Positions 1 to 13,836 of a stretch of 64,000 nt of DNA are shown one piece after another. This stretch comes from the human T2T-CHM13v2.0 reference genome, Homo sapiens: assembly GCF_009914755.1 (NCBI RefSeq), contig NC_060945.1, one strand, 5' to 3'. The number at the start of each line of letters is the position of its first letter. Positions within the stretch are counted from its first letter, which is position 1. The notes beneath the pieces are model-generated. The model had not been told where the DNA came from. It was given only the letters and a program-made list of their open reading frames with translations, and searched no databases. The position numbers and the translations under genes were made by a program.

Positions 1-659
1 ATCGTGAATATTTCTTAACATTTTTACTTGTGTGTACTTCACTTTGTGAGAGTGGAAAATGGAAATGATCTATGGAAATAACTTATAAAATATACTACAT
101 AATTTCTTATATTAACAAACATAGTAGACTAAAAGAACATACGTATTAATGTTCAGGTGAAGCACATATTATTTAAATATATGCGCGAGGGATAATATTT
201 TAATAGTAATTGAGCCCTGAGCATTGGAATTTTTTACTTTACCTATACAATATAGTTTTATATGTAATATATAATACTTGCATTACAAGCCATAGTTGTC
301 TTGAACTTACAAAAGCATTGTGTGGCTTCCATTTATTTAGAACTCCGATCAGTAGTGTTATGTTACTATGCATTTGAAGTCATTCTTTTTCACTTATAAA
401 GTCCCTGAGTATATTCTTACATTGAGTGCACGTCAGAATAATTATGCTTTCTTCTTAGTATAAATGTAGTTGCATTTTTCTCTGTCTTTACTGTCTTTAT
501 TTCTCCTCTGTAGTATTGGGTTATGTTCAGGTATTTGGCTTCCAAGACATGAATAAAGACAAAGGATCTTTGGAATTATTTGACATTGGTATAAGTCTTC
601 TCATATTAATATCAGCAGGATAAATCATGTATCATTCATTAATGATGACAACTTCATGC

Positions 660-1138
660 ACATTGTGGTAGATTCTGGGCACGAATTACTTCCTAATTAT
701 CAATGAGAGGTGAGGTCTAATTCTCTTACCCATTATTCTATGCTGGTCTTAGTGCATCATACATAGTTGAAGTAAATTCAAAGAATTCCAAGGCTGGGTC
801 ACCTGAACACTTGAAGCTACAGTTTGAGCATCTAAAAAAAACAAATAAACTTTTTGGAGCTGTGAGAAATCATGTAAGTTCAACTACCTTGTTGGGAAAA
901 TCACATGGATAATTCTTGAAATAACATGACATGGAAAAGAGCCTCACAGACTCCAGTAAAACCCGTCAAAGTACCTCGTAGTTGGGTGACATGGTTTTAG
1001 ACCCTACAGGCACTCTTTAGCTAAGGAATCTCCCAGGCAATTCCCAACTGAAGTCCTTGCCCATAAGTATGCAAAATACAATAAAATGGTTTTTTGTTTT
1101 GTGACAGTTGGTTACACAACAATAGATGACTGTTATAC
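660..1138 (+). mobile_element. Ancient MaLR LTR (MLT1G/H-like)
   Basis: MLT1-type 3' end (AATAAAATGG...GGTTACACAACAATAGATGACTG) and internal motifs (GAATTCCAAGGCTGGGTC, CATGTAAG); heavily diverged, boundaries approximate. Confidence 0.55.
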
Positions 1139-1530
1139 CCATTTTATACTTGCTGGCAGCTATCTCTTAACCAATATTAAAATTCTTATGCTCTCTCAAT
1201 TATTAGCATATTTTCTTCTTTATTGTCTTCAACATTTAAAATTAAAATACTTGCCTTCCTATTCTAATTTCTTAAAGCCCACATTCCTATTCCATGGCTA
1301 CAACTATTTTGTCACAGAATTGGGAAAAACCCTCTGGAAAATAAAATAAACTCAAATACTTATGTGTTCTTGGAATTATCCTAAATGTTCTACTTTCTTT
1401 TTGCCTCAGGGAAGTTCTTTTTTTTTTATGATGAACATAACCAATAAGTTAAGGGTGGCCTTTTTTATACTTTTGGGTGAGTTTGTTTCCCTTTAAATAT
1501 ATTCAATTATCTTTTTTTTTCAGATACTTA

Positions 1531-2149
1531 TGAAACAGGCCAGGGTCACTACTCTCTTCTAAGGTGTTATCTGAGCTCATTGTCTCATGACCAAGAGAAT
1601 TAAGGAGCATGGACAGAAAGGGTGAGATTGGAGAGAAAGTTTAATAAGCAAAAGAAGAAAGCTCTCCACAGCAGAGAGGGGAGCCTGAGTGGGTTTCCAT
1701 TTTTACAGCTGAATTCAAAAGCTTTTATAAGAAACCCCTCTTTTCTCTGTAGCTGTTTGAGTTACTTATCTGAAAAGCCATCTGCAGAACTCCTTCTTAT
1801 CTATGTAGTTGTGAGTATGTCTCTAGGCAAGCACAAAGTGCTGCTTCTCTTTTTTGTATAACTGTGGGTTTGTTTTAGGTAAGCCTCCCTCCTCCTTGTG
1901 CAAGTTCCCATGGAGCCCACCATATACATGTCTGAAAAGGGAGGAAACTTTTTCCTTGGAGCCCACCAATTATGCAAAGAACAAAAGCCTTCTGTACTGG
2001 ACCCTGCCGGCTTATCTGTGCAGGTGCAGCCTGAGTTTTCCCCAGGCTACTCTATTTTTGCCTGTACCTGTGGTTTTTCAAGCAGGCTGCTTCTCGGAGG
2101 ACCAGACTTAACTGTTTACTTAACTGATTTTATGTTTTCTTCTCCCTCA
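1531..2149 (-). mobile_element. ERV1 solo LTR (MER4 group; LTR29-like, subfamily uncertain)
   Basis: TG...CA termini, 619 bp, near-perfect 4-bp TSD CTTA (1527-1530)/CTTG (2150-2153), ATTAAA signal on the minus strand (TTTAAT ~1640). Confidence 0.75.
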
Positions 2150-2585
2150 CTTGTTGGACATGATTGAAAACAAAACCCTGAGAATACTGTACTATTACTT
2201 CAGAGCTCCAAAGTTTATTTTCATCTAAGATTAATACATATGTAAGGATTAGTATATATTCATATGTATATGTATTCATACTTAAACACCTAAGTGTAAT
2301 ACACACGTACTCAAGTATACATAAGTTCCAAATTCTATAACTAAAATTTTATGAAGAATATAAGTGATGCCTCCAAGTTTAAAATTAACAAGTGATATTT
2401 ATGTATTAATTATCCAGGTAAACAGAAATGGAGATCACATATATACAGTCTAGGACTAGCACTAGGAAACATCATATATACAGTTGAGAATAAAATGGGA
2501 ATGAAATCATAAATATATTCATTTGAGATCACCATAGATAGGAAGAAATATAAAAGTGTATAATCTATCAAGAATCACACTTAAA

Positions 2586-2614
2586 TACACACACACATAC
2601 AAACACACACACAC
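2586..2614. repeat. Imperfect (CA)n microsatellite
   Basis: TACACACACACATACAAACACACACACAC. Confidence 0.9.
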
Positions 2615-4267
2615 GTTCTAATGCTGGCAAGTGTCAGCAGCTATATTTTCCTACTGAGATATTTTCCTAAAGATGTTTTTAGAGAGTGTTTCACAAAGCA
2701 CCAAATGAAGGAAGAGATGAATACCGCTGAAGACTTTGAACTGTAACAGAAAGAACAGATGCTGAAGAACAGATGAAATTAACTTGAAACCGAGCTGTGA
2801 CCCTTACTTAATACATAATATATAGCACAATTTGTTACATTTCTATATATGTATTCTTTCTTATTTTGGAATTACAATATTTACGCTAGGTTTATTGAGT
2901 AAGTAAAATAATTAAATATTAGTTAAATTGTCTACTTAATATATATTGATTAAATCTGAATTTATTAGTAATTTCTACCATGTGTCTGGCATAGGCAACA
3001 AAACACAGGAAAGGCATGGTTCCTGCCATCAAACTGTACAATTCATGGCTATGGGCCATATGAATTAATGTTAGTTTATTCCCAGTCTTAAGTCTTCACG
3101 TATTTTAATCAAATCAAATGAGTTATGCAGTTAAGTCCCATTTACCCTTTAAAAAACAAAAACAGAATTTCACCTATTTTTAAAAAGTTGTTGTGAGTCA
3201 GTACTTTCTCCATTTCTTTTTTACAGGGTAGATCCAGAATCTTTTCTTTTCTTATGAGTCAAAATCATTTTTGAAAATCCAGCGTTCAAAAAGTGTATTT
3301 TGCACCTGTTCTTATTTAAGTTTCAAAGGAGGCTCTCATGACAAAAAATATCTCCTGATTTCTGAATTCTTCCCTGCCAGATTTGATTTAGCTCATGTGA
3401 CTCAATTTTATGGCATCTCAATGTGGAGTAGAAATCACTTTCAAAGTCAGATGTAACTCATTCTAACAAATCCTGTCATTCATCATCATTTTAAGTCTCT
3501 CTTGAGTAAACTGCAATTTGTACCAAGTTGTACAATATGGTTTGGGGATGTGTCATATTGTCTAGAGGAAGCTAAAACCCAGACTGTCAAATTCTTTTCA
3601 ATTAGGACTTTGTGTAGGATTTGAGTTGCAGTAAAACCCATAAAATAGAATCTGCAGTTGACTTGAGATAGGAATGAGAATTATTACTTTAGGTAGTTTG
3701 CCAGGTAGGCTGAATCTTTCATAGCTTCATCCAATTATGTAAACTTCGCATGGAATTCTGATATTCTAAGTTTATTTAATACTATAAAGTTTTATCTACA
3801 GTAAAAATGAAAAAAACTGATAATAGAATTCATAGTTTGATCACTGACTTCAAAATGCCTCATATGGATTTTAAGGTATTTAATTTTTCTTGTACTATAT
3901 TTGTGTTAATATAGAATTTTTATTTTTATTCATTCTTTTGTTTTAAATTATAAACACTACATATGCAAGACTGCTGCTTCCAGTTTTTATGAATTAAGAC
4001 TGCTTTTTTTATTAAGATACAATAGTTCAGAGTAGAACATTATTCGGCAGTAACTATCAGGAGAAGTTAATAAATAATGAGAAATGTAATATCTTTTCAA
4101 ACAATGAATAGCTTTATAAGGATCAAAAACTAGAAATGTTAAGGACTCAAAGAAGAGGTACTCTAAAAGATGAGCTAAGTGGGTACCTTTTCCTTGGGGG
4201 TCTTCCTGAGCCTGTGCTTATGCAAGGGACTGAGAAAGCACAATTTGTCTCAGTAGAGGGCTTTTAA

Positions 4268-4581
4268 TTGAGGAAGGAGATAGGGCCTTCAAAGAGGCGA
4301 TTCAGTCAGAATGAGGCCAGCAAGGCCAAGCTCTAATCCAATATGACTGATGTCCTTATAAGAAGAGAGAGAAAGACAACAGGGCCAGGTATGCAGAGCA
4401 ACCACCATCCCACCATGGGTAGAGGTACCAAGCAGGCAGCCATGTGTAAGCCAAGGAGACAGGCCAGGGACAGATTCATCCCTTGTAAGGCTCTAAGAGG
4501 AAACCAACTGTGCTGGCACCTTGACCTTGTGCTTCTTGTCAGCAGAAGTGTAAGAAAATAAGTTTCTGGTGTTTAAGTCCC
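4268..4581 (+). mobile_element. MaLR LTR fragment (MLT1A/MLT1B-like)
   Basis: CTAATCCAATATGACTGATGTCCTTATAAGAAGAG, AAGCCAAGGAGA, TGCTGGCACCTTGACCTTG, AGAAAATAAGTTTCTGGTGTTTAAG. Confidence 0.8.
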
Positions 4582-4639
4582 AAATATATACACAACATAC
4601 ACACACGCACATATATATATATATGCACACACAATGTAT

Positions 4640-5307
4640 AAAATACAGTAAGATAAAGCTAAAGCAGATGTTAAATTCAAAACAAAAGTGCATTTACTAA
4701 ATAAATTTAAATGTCAATACTCTAAGACTCTTATCTCAAAACCTAGAGCAAGTCCAGCAAATCATACGTAAGAAGAGTAGGAAATAAGAAACTACAAATA
4801 AGAGAGCAGAACAAATAAGATAGGATTATGTATAGTGAAAAGTTTGACTCAAATGGAAAAATTGATAATCCCTTATCAAGATTAATTTTTAAAAGTAAAC
4901 AGAAAACAAAATCAGCAGGCTCAGGAATTAGAAAGCAATATCTCAGCAGATCTACTAACCTAAATAATACAGTAATGACTATTATGAACAATTTTATGCC
5001 AAAAACTGTGACAACATAGATATATTAAATTCTTAAAAACATGAAACTTATTGAACTTGAAAAAAATAATAATGCGATAGCTGCAAAAAGACGAATACAA
5101 AGCAAACAAACATAAAGCAGATTACAGTACATCTCCAAAAATCTTAGAAAATGTAAATCCTAATTACAAGTGATTTTTTCACACATGGAAAAAAAGTAAC
5201 ACCAAGAATACATGAACATTTTAAGAGAAGAAAAAAAAAAGTAGAGGACACCACTCAACTGTTTTTATGAGACCAGCATTAAATTTATATAAAATTTAAC
5301 CAGACAA
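4640..5307 (+). mobile_element. Old L1M ORF2 fragment (left part of the pseudogene host)
   Basis: L1 ORF2-like motifs TATTATGAACAATTTTATGCC and TTTTATGAGACCAGCATT...CCAGACAA; homology resumes at 7643. Confidence 0.7.
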
Positions 5308-5568
5308 AACTGTCTCCTTCTCCCGTGGTGGCAGCAGTGGTGGGGCTGCCGCCCGCCGGAGCATGTCGTGGACTCCAGCGGAGACAAAGGCGCTCTGCGC
5401 AGTGTGGGGCAATGAGCGGCTGGCGGAGGCGCGGTACCAGCAGCTTTAAGGAGCCAGTATAGTGGCTGGCAGCAAGGACCCCCGGGCCAGCCAAGTAGGA
5501 GCTTGTGTCTAGGGCCCTGGCCAAGCTGGGCTATGAGCGGACCTGTCCCAGTGCTGGGAGGCATCAAG

Positions 5569-5704
5569 CTGGTTGGATGCCCAGAACTGAATGCTATGCT
5601 CCAGCTGTGGCCTCACCAGTGCTGAATAGAGAGGAAGAGCCACCTTCATAGCTTACATGTAATTCTTCTGCTTATACAACCCAGTACCGGATTTACTTAC
5701 TTTG
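5569..5704 (-). mobile_element. CR1/L3 LINE-like segment (antisense) inside the pseudogene; putative alternative exon of the parent mRNA
   Basis: Reverse complement CTCTATTCAGCACTGGTGAGGCCACAGCTGGAGCATAGCATTCAGTTCTGGGCA reads LYSALVRPQLEHSIQFWA, resembling the CR1 ORF2 motif LYSALVRPHLEYCVQFWA. Confidence 0.7.
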
Positions 5705-5986
5705 ACCATTTGCACGTGTTACAATCGGGTGAAAGAACATGGTGTTGCGAAAAGAAAGAGCAGTTACACAGTAGAACAGTTGGAACAGGTGTTTGCTCAG
5801 GCAGGATGGGATGCTCAGCCCTGCCAGACTGTACTTCTTAACAGCAGTAGCTTGTACCAGGAGCTGGAGTCAGATGGCGGCACCATGGAGGACTATTCAT
5901 TCACAGGAGTACTGGGAACCCAAAGTCAGGATCTCCATGGCTATCCGACAGATCAGGAATCACAAAGAGAAAATTAAAAATTAAAC

Positions 5987-6311
<325 letters not shown>

Positions 6312-7642
6312 AAGTTCAACAAGAGTCTTCTGAAGAAGCACAGAAGAGAGACATCAGGCAGAATACTGTACAGATTTTGGAATCGGTACAGTTGAAATGG
6401 GAACTTTTTCAGAGTTGGACAGAATTTTCAAGGCTCCTTCTTTCTAATAAACTGGCCGTTTTTTGGAATTGGTTATAACACCCGTTGGAAAGGGGATCTT
6501 CATTACCATTATGCTGAGATCACCTCCCAGGTGCCCCTTGGCAAGCGACTTCAGGAGTACTTCAACCCTGAGAAGTCTGAGGGAGGGATCATTATGACAC
6601 AAGTGTAGAAAACGAACTGGAAAAAATGTTTATTACACATTTTTAGAGATCACTATTAGTGAAGCTAGGCGCTTGGAGCTGCAAGTGGAAATTGACTGGT
6701 AACCCATTGCCTACTCCAACTCGATAAGTAGGAATGTTCGATATTTATTGCCTGGAATTATTCCTAAAAGCCCGGGCCTTTATGCCATTGGCTATGAAGA
6801 ATGTATTGAGAGGCTCCTCTCACCGTACATGCAGCAACATTCCCTGGACCCAGGAAAAGAAGGCGGGGTTGACCTGGAAACCCTTTCAGCACAAGCCTCA
6901 TTACAAGTGGTAATAGAACCCACCAGAATTATCTTTTGCCACCTCAGGACTGCTGAGGTCAGGGCTCTGCAGCAGAGCTTATTTTTACATTTCCAAGTGA
7001 ATACCAAAGTCTTCAGCAAATATTGGGTTGGTATTAACAGATTTGTCTCTCAGAGCTGTACTGGGGACCCCAGAGTTTCCCTCAAATCCATCTACATCAA
7101 ATTTGTGGAAGTAGAGAGAGATTTTCTTTCCACTGGCTCTTTAGTTGAGTGCCCTGAAAAAGCCATTGGATGCCTCCTAAAATTTAACAACTGAAGGTCA
7201 TCCTTCATAAGGATTTGGGCTCTTAGCTCCTTCTTCTCTACTCACTTTCCATTACCCAGACCACTCCTCATCCAGATGCTGCCATCAGACTCTTCATGGA
7301 AACTCTTTCCTTGATTGGGCCAGTATGACTTCTAAGGAATCATAGTAGACTTTGGCCAGAAAAAACAGACCTCACCTGAAAATGCTCATTTTGAGCAAGC
7401 AAGATTTATAGCAAACTTGCTTGGTGGGCCAGCTATTTCTTTTTTTAAAACACAAAAACAATTTTTAAAGGGATTTTAGGGCCCTAATATAAGCAAATGA
7501 GGATACATTCCATATTGAAAAAACTTACACTTTGAGTTTCATATGAAATTGAAAAATTGTATTTTTTCACAATGTTTCATTCTTACACATCTCTATGTCT
7601 CTATAAAAGTAATATTTACAACCCTGAATAAATAAGCAATAG

Positions 7643-8120
7643 AAAAATAAAACAGACAAGGACATTCCAAGAAGTGAGAACCACAAACCTATCTATCTGC
7701 CTCTCATGACAGTAGATAGGAAATCTTAGGTATTTGAAAATTAAACTTCATAATAAATAAGAAAATTCACAACCAAAATGAAGATGACATCGTAAAAGTT
7801 GAATTAGATTATATATTGTACCAGATAACAATTTTCCTCAATTGTTTTTACAGGTTTAATAAAATGTCAATCAAAATACATTGAGTATAGAATTTTTCAA
7901 GCTAATCTCAAAATACATATAGAAACATGAAAGGCTAGTAACAGAAAAATGGTGAAAATTTTTTAAAAAAGAGAGGGCAACACAATCAGATATAATAATT
8001 ATTATAAACCTATAATGAAATAGACATTCCATTAATGGTAGATTTTAGACAATCCAAATAATGGAATGAAAAATAGGCCCACTAATATTAGCTCTGCTTA
8101 ATTTAAATCACCTGAATTTA
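7643..8120 (+). mobile_element. Old L1M ORF2 fragment (continuation)
   Basis: CAGACAAGGACATTCCAAGAAGTGAGAACCACAAACC continues the L1 sequence broken at 5307; later CAAGCTAATCTCAAAATACATATAGAAAC. Confidence 0.65.
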
Positions 8121-8570
8121 TGTATGTATGTGTGTATGTATGTATGTATTTTTAACTTTGAAGTTCAGAGGTATATGTGCAGGTTTGTTACATAGGTAAA
8201 CTTACGTCATGGGGGTTTCTTGTACAGATTATTTCATCACCCATGCATTAAGCTTCCTACTCATTAGTTATTTTTCCTGATGTTCTCCCTCCCCCACCCC
8301 GTTGTGACAGGCCCCAGTGTGTGCTGTACCCCTTTATGAGTCCATCTGTTCTCAATATTTAGTTCCCAATTATAAGTGAGAACATGCGGTATTTGGTTTC
8401 TGTTCCTGGTAAGGATAAAGGCCTCCATCTCCACCCATCTCTCTGCAAAAGACCTGATCTCTTTCATTTTTGTGGCTGCATAGTATTCCATGGTGTATAT
8501 GTACCATATTTTCTTTATCCAGTCTATCATCAATAGGCATGTAGGTTGATTCCATGTCTTTGCTATTGAG
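8121..8570 (-). mobile_element. L1PA (approx. PA10-13) 3' end, 5'-truncated
   Basis: ORF2 C-terminus (AKTWNQP..DWIKKIWYIYTMEYYAA) and 3' UTR; tail decayed to (ACAT)n; TSD TCACCTGAATTTA (8108-8120)/TCACTTGAATTTA (8571-8583). Confidence 0.9.
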
Positions 8571-8890
8571 TCACTTGAATTTATAAAAGGATGACACCAC
8601 AAAGAAAGTGTCTCCTTTGTAAATAAATGGTGATGCCTCACTGGATATCTACATATTAAGGAGAAATTATTGAACTTTACCTTACACTAAGTACAAAATA
8701 AATTTGAATAAACTGTAGACTTAATTGTGAAATGTAAATGATAAATTCATAGTAGAATTTATTTAGTAGATAAAATCTTCATGATTTTATGGTAGATTTA
8801 TTTTTAATAAAACATAGAATAACAATGTGTAAATAAAAATTTAAAATATCTTTATCATCAGAGGACAAAATATGAGAATAAAATATCAAA
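8571..8890 (+). mobile_element. Old L1M ORF2 fragment (continuation)
   Basis: AATAAATGGTGATG...CTGGATATCTACATATT...CTTTACCTTACACTAAGTACAAAATAAATT. Confidence 0.6.
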
Positions 8891-8907
8891 GCATAATTAC
8901 ACATAAG

Positions 8908-9362
8908 TATATACACGAATATGTATGTGTATATATAACACATATATACACATACATATATGCATATATGTGTATATGTGTATATATGTGTATATGTGTG
9001 TATATATGTGTATATCTATATGTGTATATATGTGTATATCTTTATGTGTATATATGTGTATTGATATATGTGTGTATAGCTATATGTGTATATTTCATCA
9101 TCCTAAAAAAATTGACTCTGATTTTTATTTTTCAATTTTACTTATTTTTGTGGAAGGACTGACCTCTAGGGGTTCTTATTCTGCCATTTTGTGTGATGTT
9201 ACTTCCTTATGTTACATCCAGTTATACAAACATATCTATATGTGTATAAACACATATAGATATACAGACACATATATACACATATACACATCTATACATG
9301 TATCTTTGTATATACACATACATATATGTATGCATGTAATGTATATAAATATATGTATAATA
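8908..9362. repeat. (TATG)n / (CATA)n low-complexity tracts
   Basis: TATG-rich 8920-9092 and CATA-rich 9230-9360; these generate the YICVY/YIHI pseudo-ORFs. Confidence 0.9.
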
Positions 9363-9395
9363 TTTTTCTTATAAAGGATTCACTTTTGTAGATAA

Positions 9396-9453
9396 TTTTT
9401 TTTTTTGAGACAAGGTCTTGCTCTATTGCCCAGGCTGGTCTTGAACTCCTGGG
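9396..9453 (-). mobile_element. Short Alu/FLAM fragment
   Basis: T-run followed by GAGACAAGGTCTTGCTCTATTGCCCAGGCTGGTCTTGAACTCCTGGG. Confidence 0.8.
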
Positions 9454-10158
9454 TGTTAATACATGATGTTATTCTGTGGTACCCATTTGGCCCCAGTGTT
9501 CCTTGGAGTGTGAGAAGATTTGGACTTTCAAAATCGAACTACCACAGAAACTGCTTTACCCAAAATTTTGGTTCACAGCCTTCACTGGATTACACATTGG
9601 GACACAGTTTAGCCATGTGAATATGTTAATAGACCATTCCATGTGAAATTTCTGAGATTAAAGCTATTAGAGCTTTGTTTATGTATGTGAATGCATTACA
9701 TATTTCGATTTGTTTATGTATATATACAATTATTATATTACATTGTGTACCAAATTAGCCTAGAAATAAAGTAAACAAGTACTTAATAAATAAAGAAGTC
9801 CAAACAATTTTCAAGTTCATGTGACATAAATAAATCTGTCATAAAAAAGCTGGCTTTAAAATTATTAATCAGATAAAAACTAAAATGTATTAAAAATTTT
9901 CAGCATATATTTTTGTCTGAGTTTCACGTTGGTCCTTGCTAAATATTTTGAGGTGTCAGGGTTTGGCACAAAAGGTTAGAAAACTGTAAACCATACAAAA
10001 ATCAAAAAGGGCTTTGTACGAGTTTTTTGACAAATAAGACATTTAATATTGTTAGTTTAACAAAAACAGCTGAATCTTCTGAGTTATTGGCAAAAATACC
10101 AATGTATTTCACCTTAACATTCTTACTTAGGTAAATACCTGATATTCACAGGCCATTA

Positions 10159-10395
<237 letters not shown>

Positions 10396-11763
10396 TTAAA
10401 ATCATAATTGTCTAAGATCTCAGTTGTAGAAGTAATTGAAATAAACTCTAATTTTAACAAAATTAAGTACATATAAATGAAGTAAATGCCTGTAAGTAAA
10501 CTTTTAATGTAATCTAAAATCTTAAAATTATTTTTGATGCTCCTTGAATGTCTGTGTCATTTCTAATTAAGAAAGGATTTTAGAGAAAACATGTTTTTAA
10601 AAACTAAAATGTTCTCATCTATAAAATAGTAATATCTGATAGATACTTTAGGATTTCTTGCATCCTAATTTTCACTCAAATTTAAGGTTTCAAATAATAA
10701 AAATTATAATTAATACAAAATTCTGTATATAAACATGTCAAAGAAGATGTGTTCTTATTAAAATTCAGAAATTTTCTAGAGGTTAATTGAAATTTTGGAC
10801 TATGGTAAGTTTTTTGTCCTAAAATAAAATGACTAGCTATTTTTTTTTAATAAGACAAAATAGGAAGTCCAAGTATGCCATAGATCATCTGTGTAAGTAA
10901 TATGTAGTCTTTCCCTGTTTCTCTATGTGTCTGTCTTTATATCGATACGGAGAAAATAAGAAATTATAAAAGGTAAAATAATAAAATATTGTTTAAAACC
11001 TGATAAAAATTGAAGAAATTTGGATAATTAACAGTGTTCATAGTTAAATCTCTTAGTCTTAATAAAGATAAAATATAAAATATTACAAAAATACATTGAC
11101 TTTTGGAAATTTTGTTTTAATATAGTTAAGCATGAAGTCAGATTTAGCATGGAGCCAAATTTCACATAAATGCTTATATTGCTAGGTTTCATACTATATT
11201 TGCTATTCTGCATAAATAGTAAATTGTGTTAAAAAACTGGTCGTGTGCTTAAAGAACATTTCTTAACTGCACAAAATATATAGTGGTGTTGGTGGACTTA
11301 AAGACATTAATATACATAACACACATATATATTTGCTATTATTTTCACGTATTTACTGTTTGTTTTACTTTGGGTTTTACATATATACATGTGTGTGTGT
11401 GTGTGCGTATAACTCATTGGTTTTACATGTGTGCATGTGTGTGTACATATATATATATGTAAAACCATTGATTTATTTAGTTTCTAATGGAAGGCTTGTA
11501 TTTGGTTCTATAAATAGTCATTTTATTTCCTAAGCATTTTCAACAATTCATCATTAGCTCTATCTATTTAAAATTCCTAAGTTACCTTTGTCAAGACTCC
11601 AAAAAATGATAGACCACACCAGTCATTTGAAATTGGATTGGTTTTGCTTACCTCTAATAATCTAAAGAGCTAGAAGAACTTTAAAGTTCCTTGAAGGAAA
11701 GAAAGATTTCTTTCTATAAATTCTAAACAGAAATAATACATTACTTTATTATTTTTAAATGTA

Positions 11764-12090
11764 GTTTGGACATGGTGACTCATGCCTGCAATCTTAGCAG
11801 TTTGGGAGGCCAAGGTGGGTGGACCACTTGAGCTCAGGAGTTCCAGATGAGCTTGAGTAACATGGTGAATCCCATCTCTACAAAATATACAACAGTTAGC
11901 TGGGTGTGATGGTGCACTCCTTTATTCCCAGCTACTTGGGTTCTGAGGCAGGAGGATCACTTGACCCCAGGAGGCAGAAGTTGCAGTGAGCTGAGATCAC
12001 ATTGCTGCATTCCAGACTGGGCAACAGAGTAAGACCCTGTATTAAAAATAAATAAAATTAAATTAAAATTAAAAAGTAAGTAAAAATAAA
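11764..12090 (+). mobile_element. AluJ
   Basis: Diverged full dimer with J-type CTTGAGCTCAGGAG and GGAGGATCACTTGA; (TAAAA)n tail. Confidence 0.9.
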
Positions 12091-13408
12091 AATATTTAAA
12101 TGATGTTTATTTTCTAAGTAATTCAATTCAATCAATACTTTGAGTTGGTTTTAGATCTTTTCCTTTAGGTGATGAAACAAACTTATAATATGGGTACAAA
12201 ATTTTAAAAGTTCAGAAAAAATTGGCCCTGTTCTTAAAAATTATATTCACTTGGATTTCTCTCAAATGACTTCAGATGTGTTTACCATTATTAAAATTAA
12301 GTGACATTCACTTGGATTAAATAATAATAAATTAAAATATGAGGCTTTCTAGTACTTTTTAATTCCAAGCCTTTATCACTGTTTGGACTTCATGTGTGTA
12401 TTTAGAAACAAAATATGTACAAATATTGCACTGCTTTAAAGATTGTAGTGGTAAAAGATACCTGATCAGTTGTCAGTACTCTTGTCTAAAAATCAATCTT
12501 AAAAATATGTAATGATACTCATTTAAATAGGAAATAATTACTGTGCGCTTTTGCTTACCTTGTCCCTGTTTTGTTACATAATATTCAAATAAAAGGGGAT
12601 TATTTATCCTCATACTTGATTTCCAGAACTGATATTGGCATTTACCATTGTTTTTTAAATGGTAGGGGGAAAAATTAATTGTCTTACTTTCCTATGTTTG
12701 GCATAAGACCTATCACATTTCTGATGCTTTTGGTCACAGTTCTGTCTCTAGAATGCCAGCAATTAGATATATGCAAGGAGTAACCTCACCACTTTAATAT
12801 AATGGTTTAAAGTGCTATGAGCAATAACTACTAGACACCAATCACAGTGTTTTAATTTGTGGCATGGTAGAGAGAATGATAGGACTTTCTGCAGTATAAA
12901 TGTGCTGTTAACTAATCTTTGTGCTAATAAATTACAGGTTTTTACTCCTGGGTCTGAAAAAGTCATCAAATCTTGGTAATTCTTAGACACTGACATCAGT
13001 CAAAGCCTCATCTGCAGACCTAGGAGAAGGTGATAATAAAAATGAACTGCTTTTGTGAGACACGGGGCCAGAAATTAAAACTGTTCAATTGCTCTAGGCC
13101 CAAGCATTATTTCAGAAGAGGTGGGTATGTGAGATTTTAAGGTCTGATTTTGAGGGATAAAATTAATTCATAGTTTTTCTGTAAGTCAAACATTGATATC
13201 AAAAGCACACTAATGCAAGGCCAGTATCTGGGCCCCTCTGTCAGAAAAAATAGAGTTTTCTTGGAGCATTAATATGCTCCTTAATAAAAAATTATAAATG
13301 CTTTTCAAAAATTTTACCTTATGGTCAAACTGATTAAAATTAAATAAGTTTGTTTATAAAGTTGTAATAAAATTAACTTTAACATTAACAATACAACTTA
13401 TAAAGTAA

Positions 13409-13836
<428 letters not shown>

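Noticed and set aside
5265-5567. Antisense 100-aa and 79-aa ORFs
   Set aside because: Shadow frames of GC-rich pseudogene sequence with no independent support.
6748-7194. 148-aa ORF matching the MSANTD2 C-terminus as a functional gene
   Set aside because: Starts at TTG, upstream frames carry stops, frameshifts and an Alu; it is a residual pseudogene frame.
8872-9374. Tyr/Ile/Cys/Val-rich ORFs (also 24803, 51753, 51770)
   Set aside because: Translations of TA/TG simple repeats.
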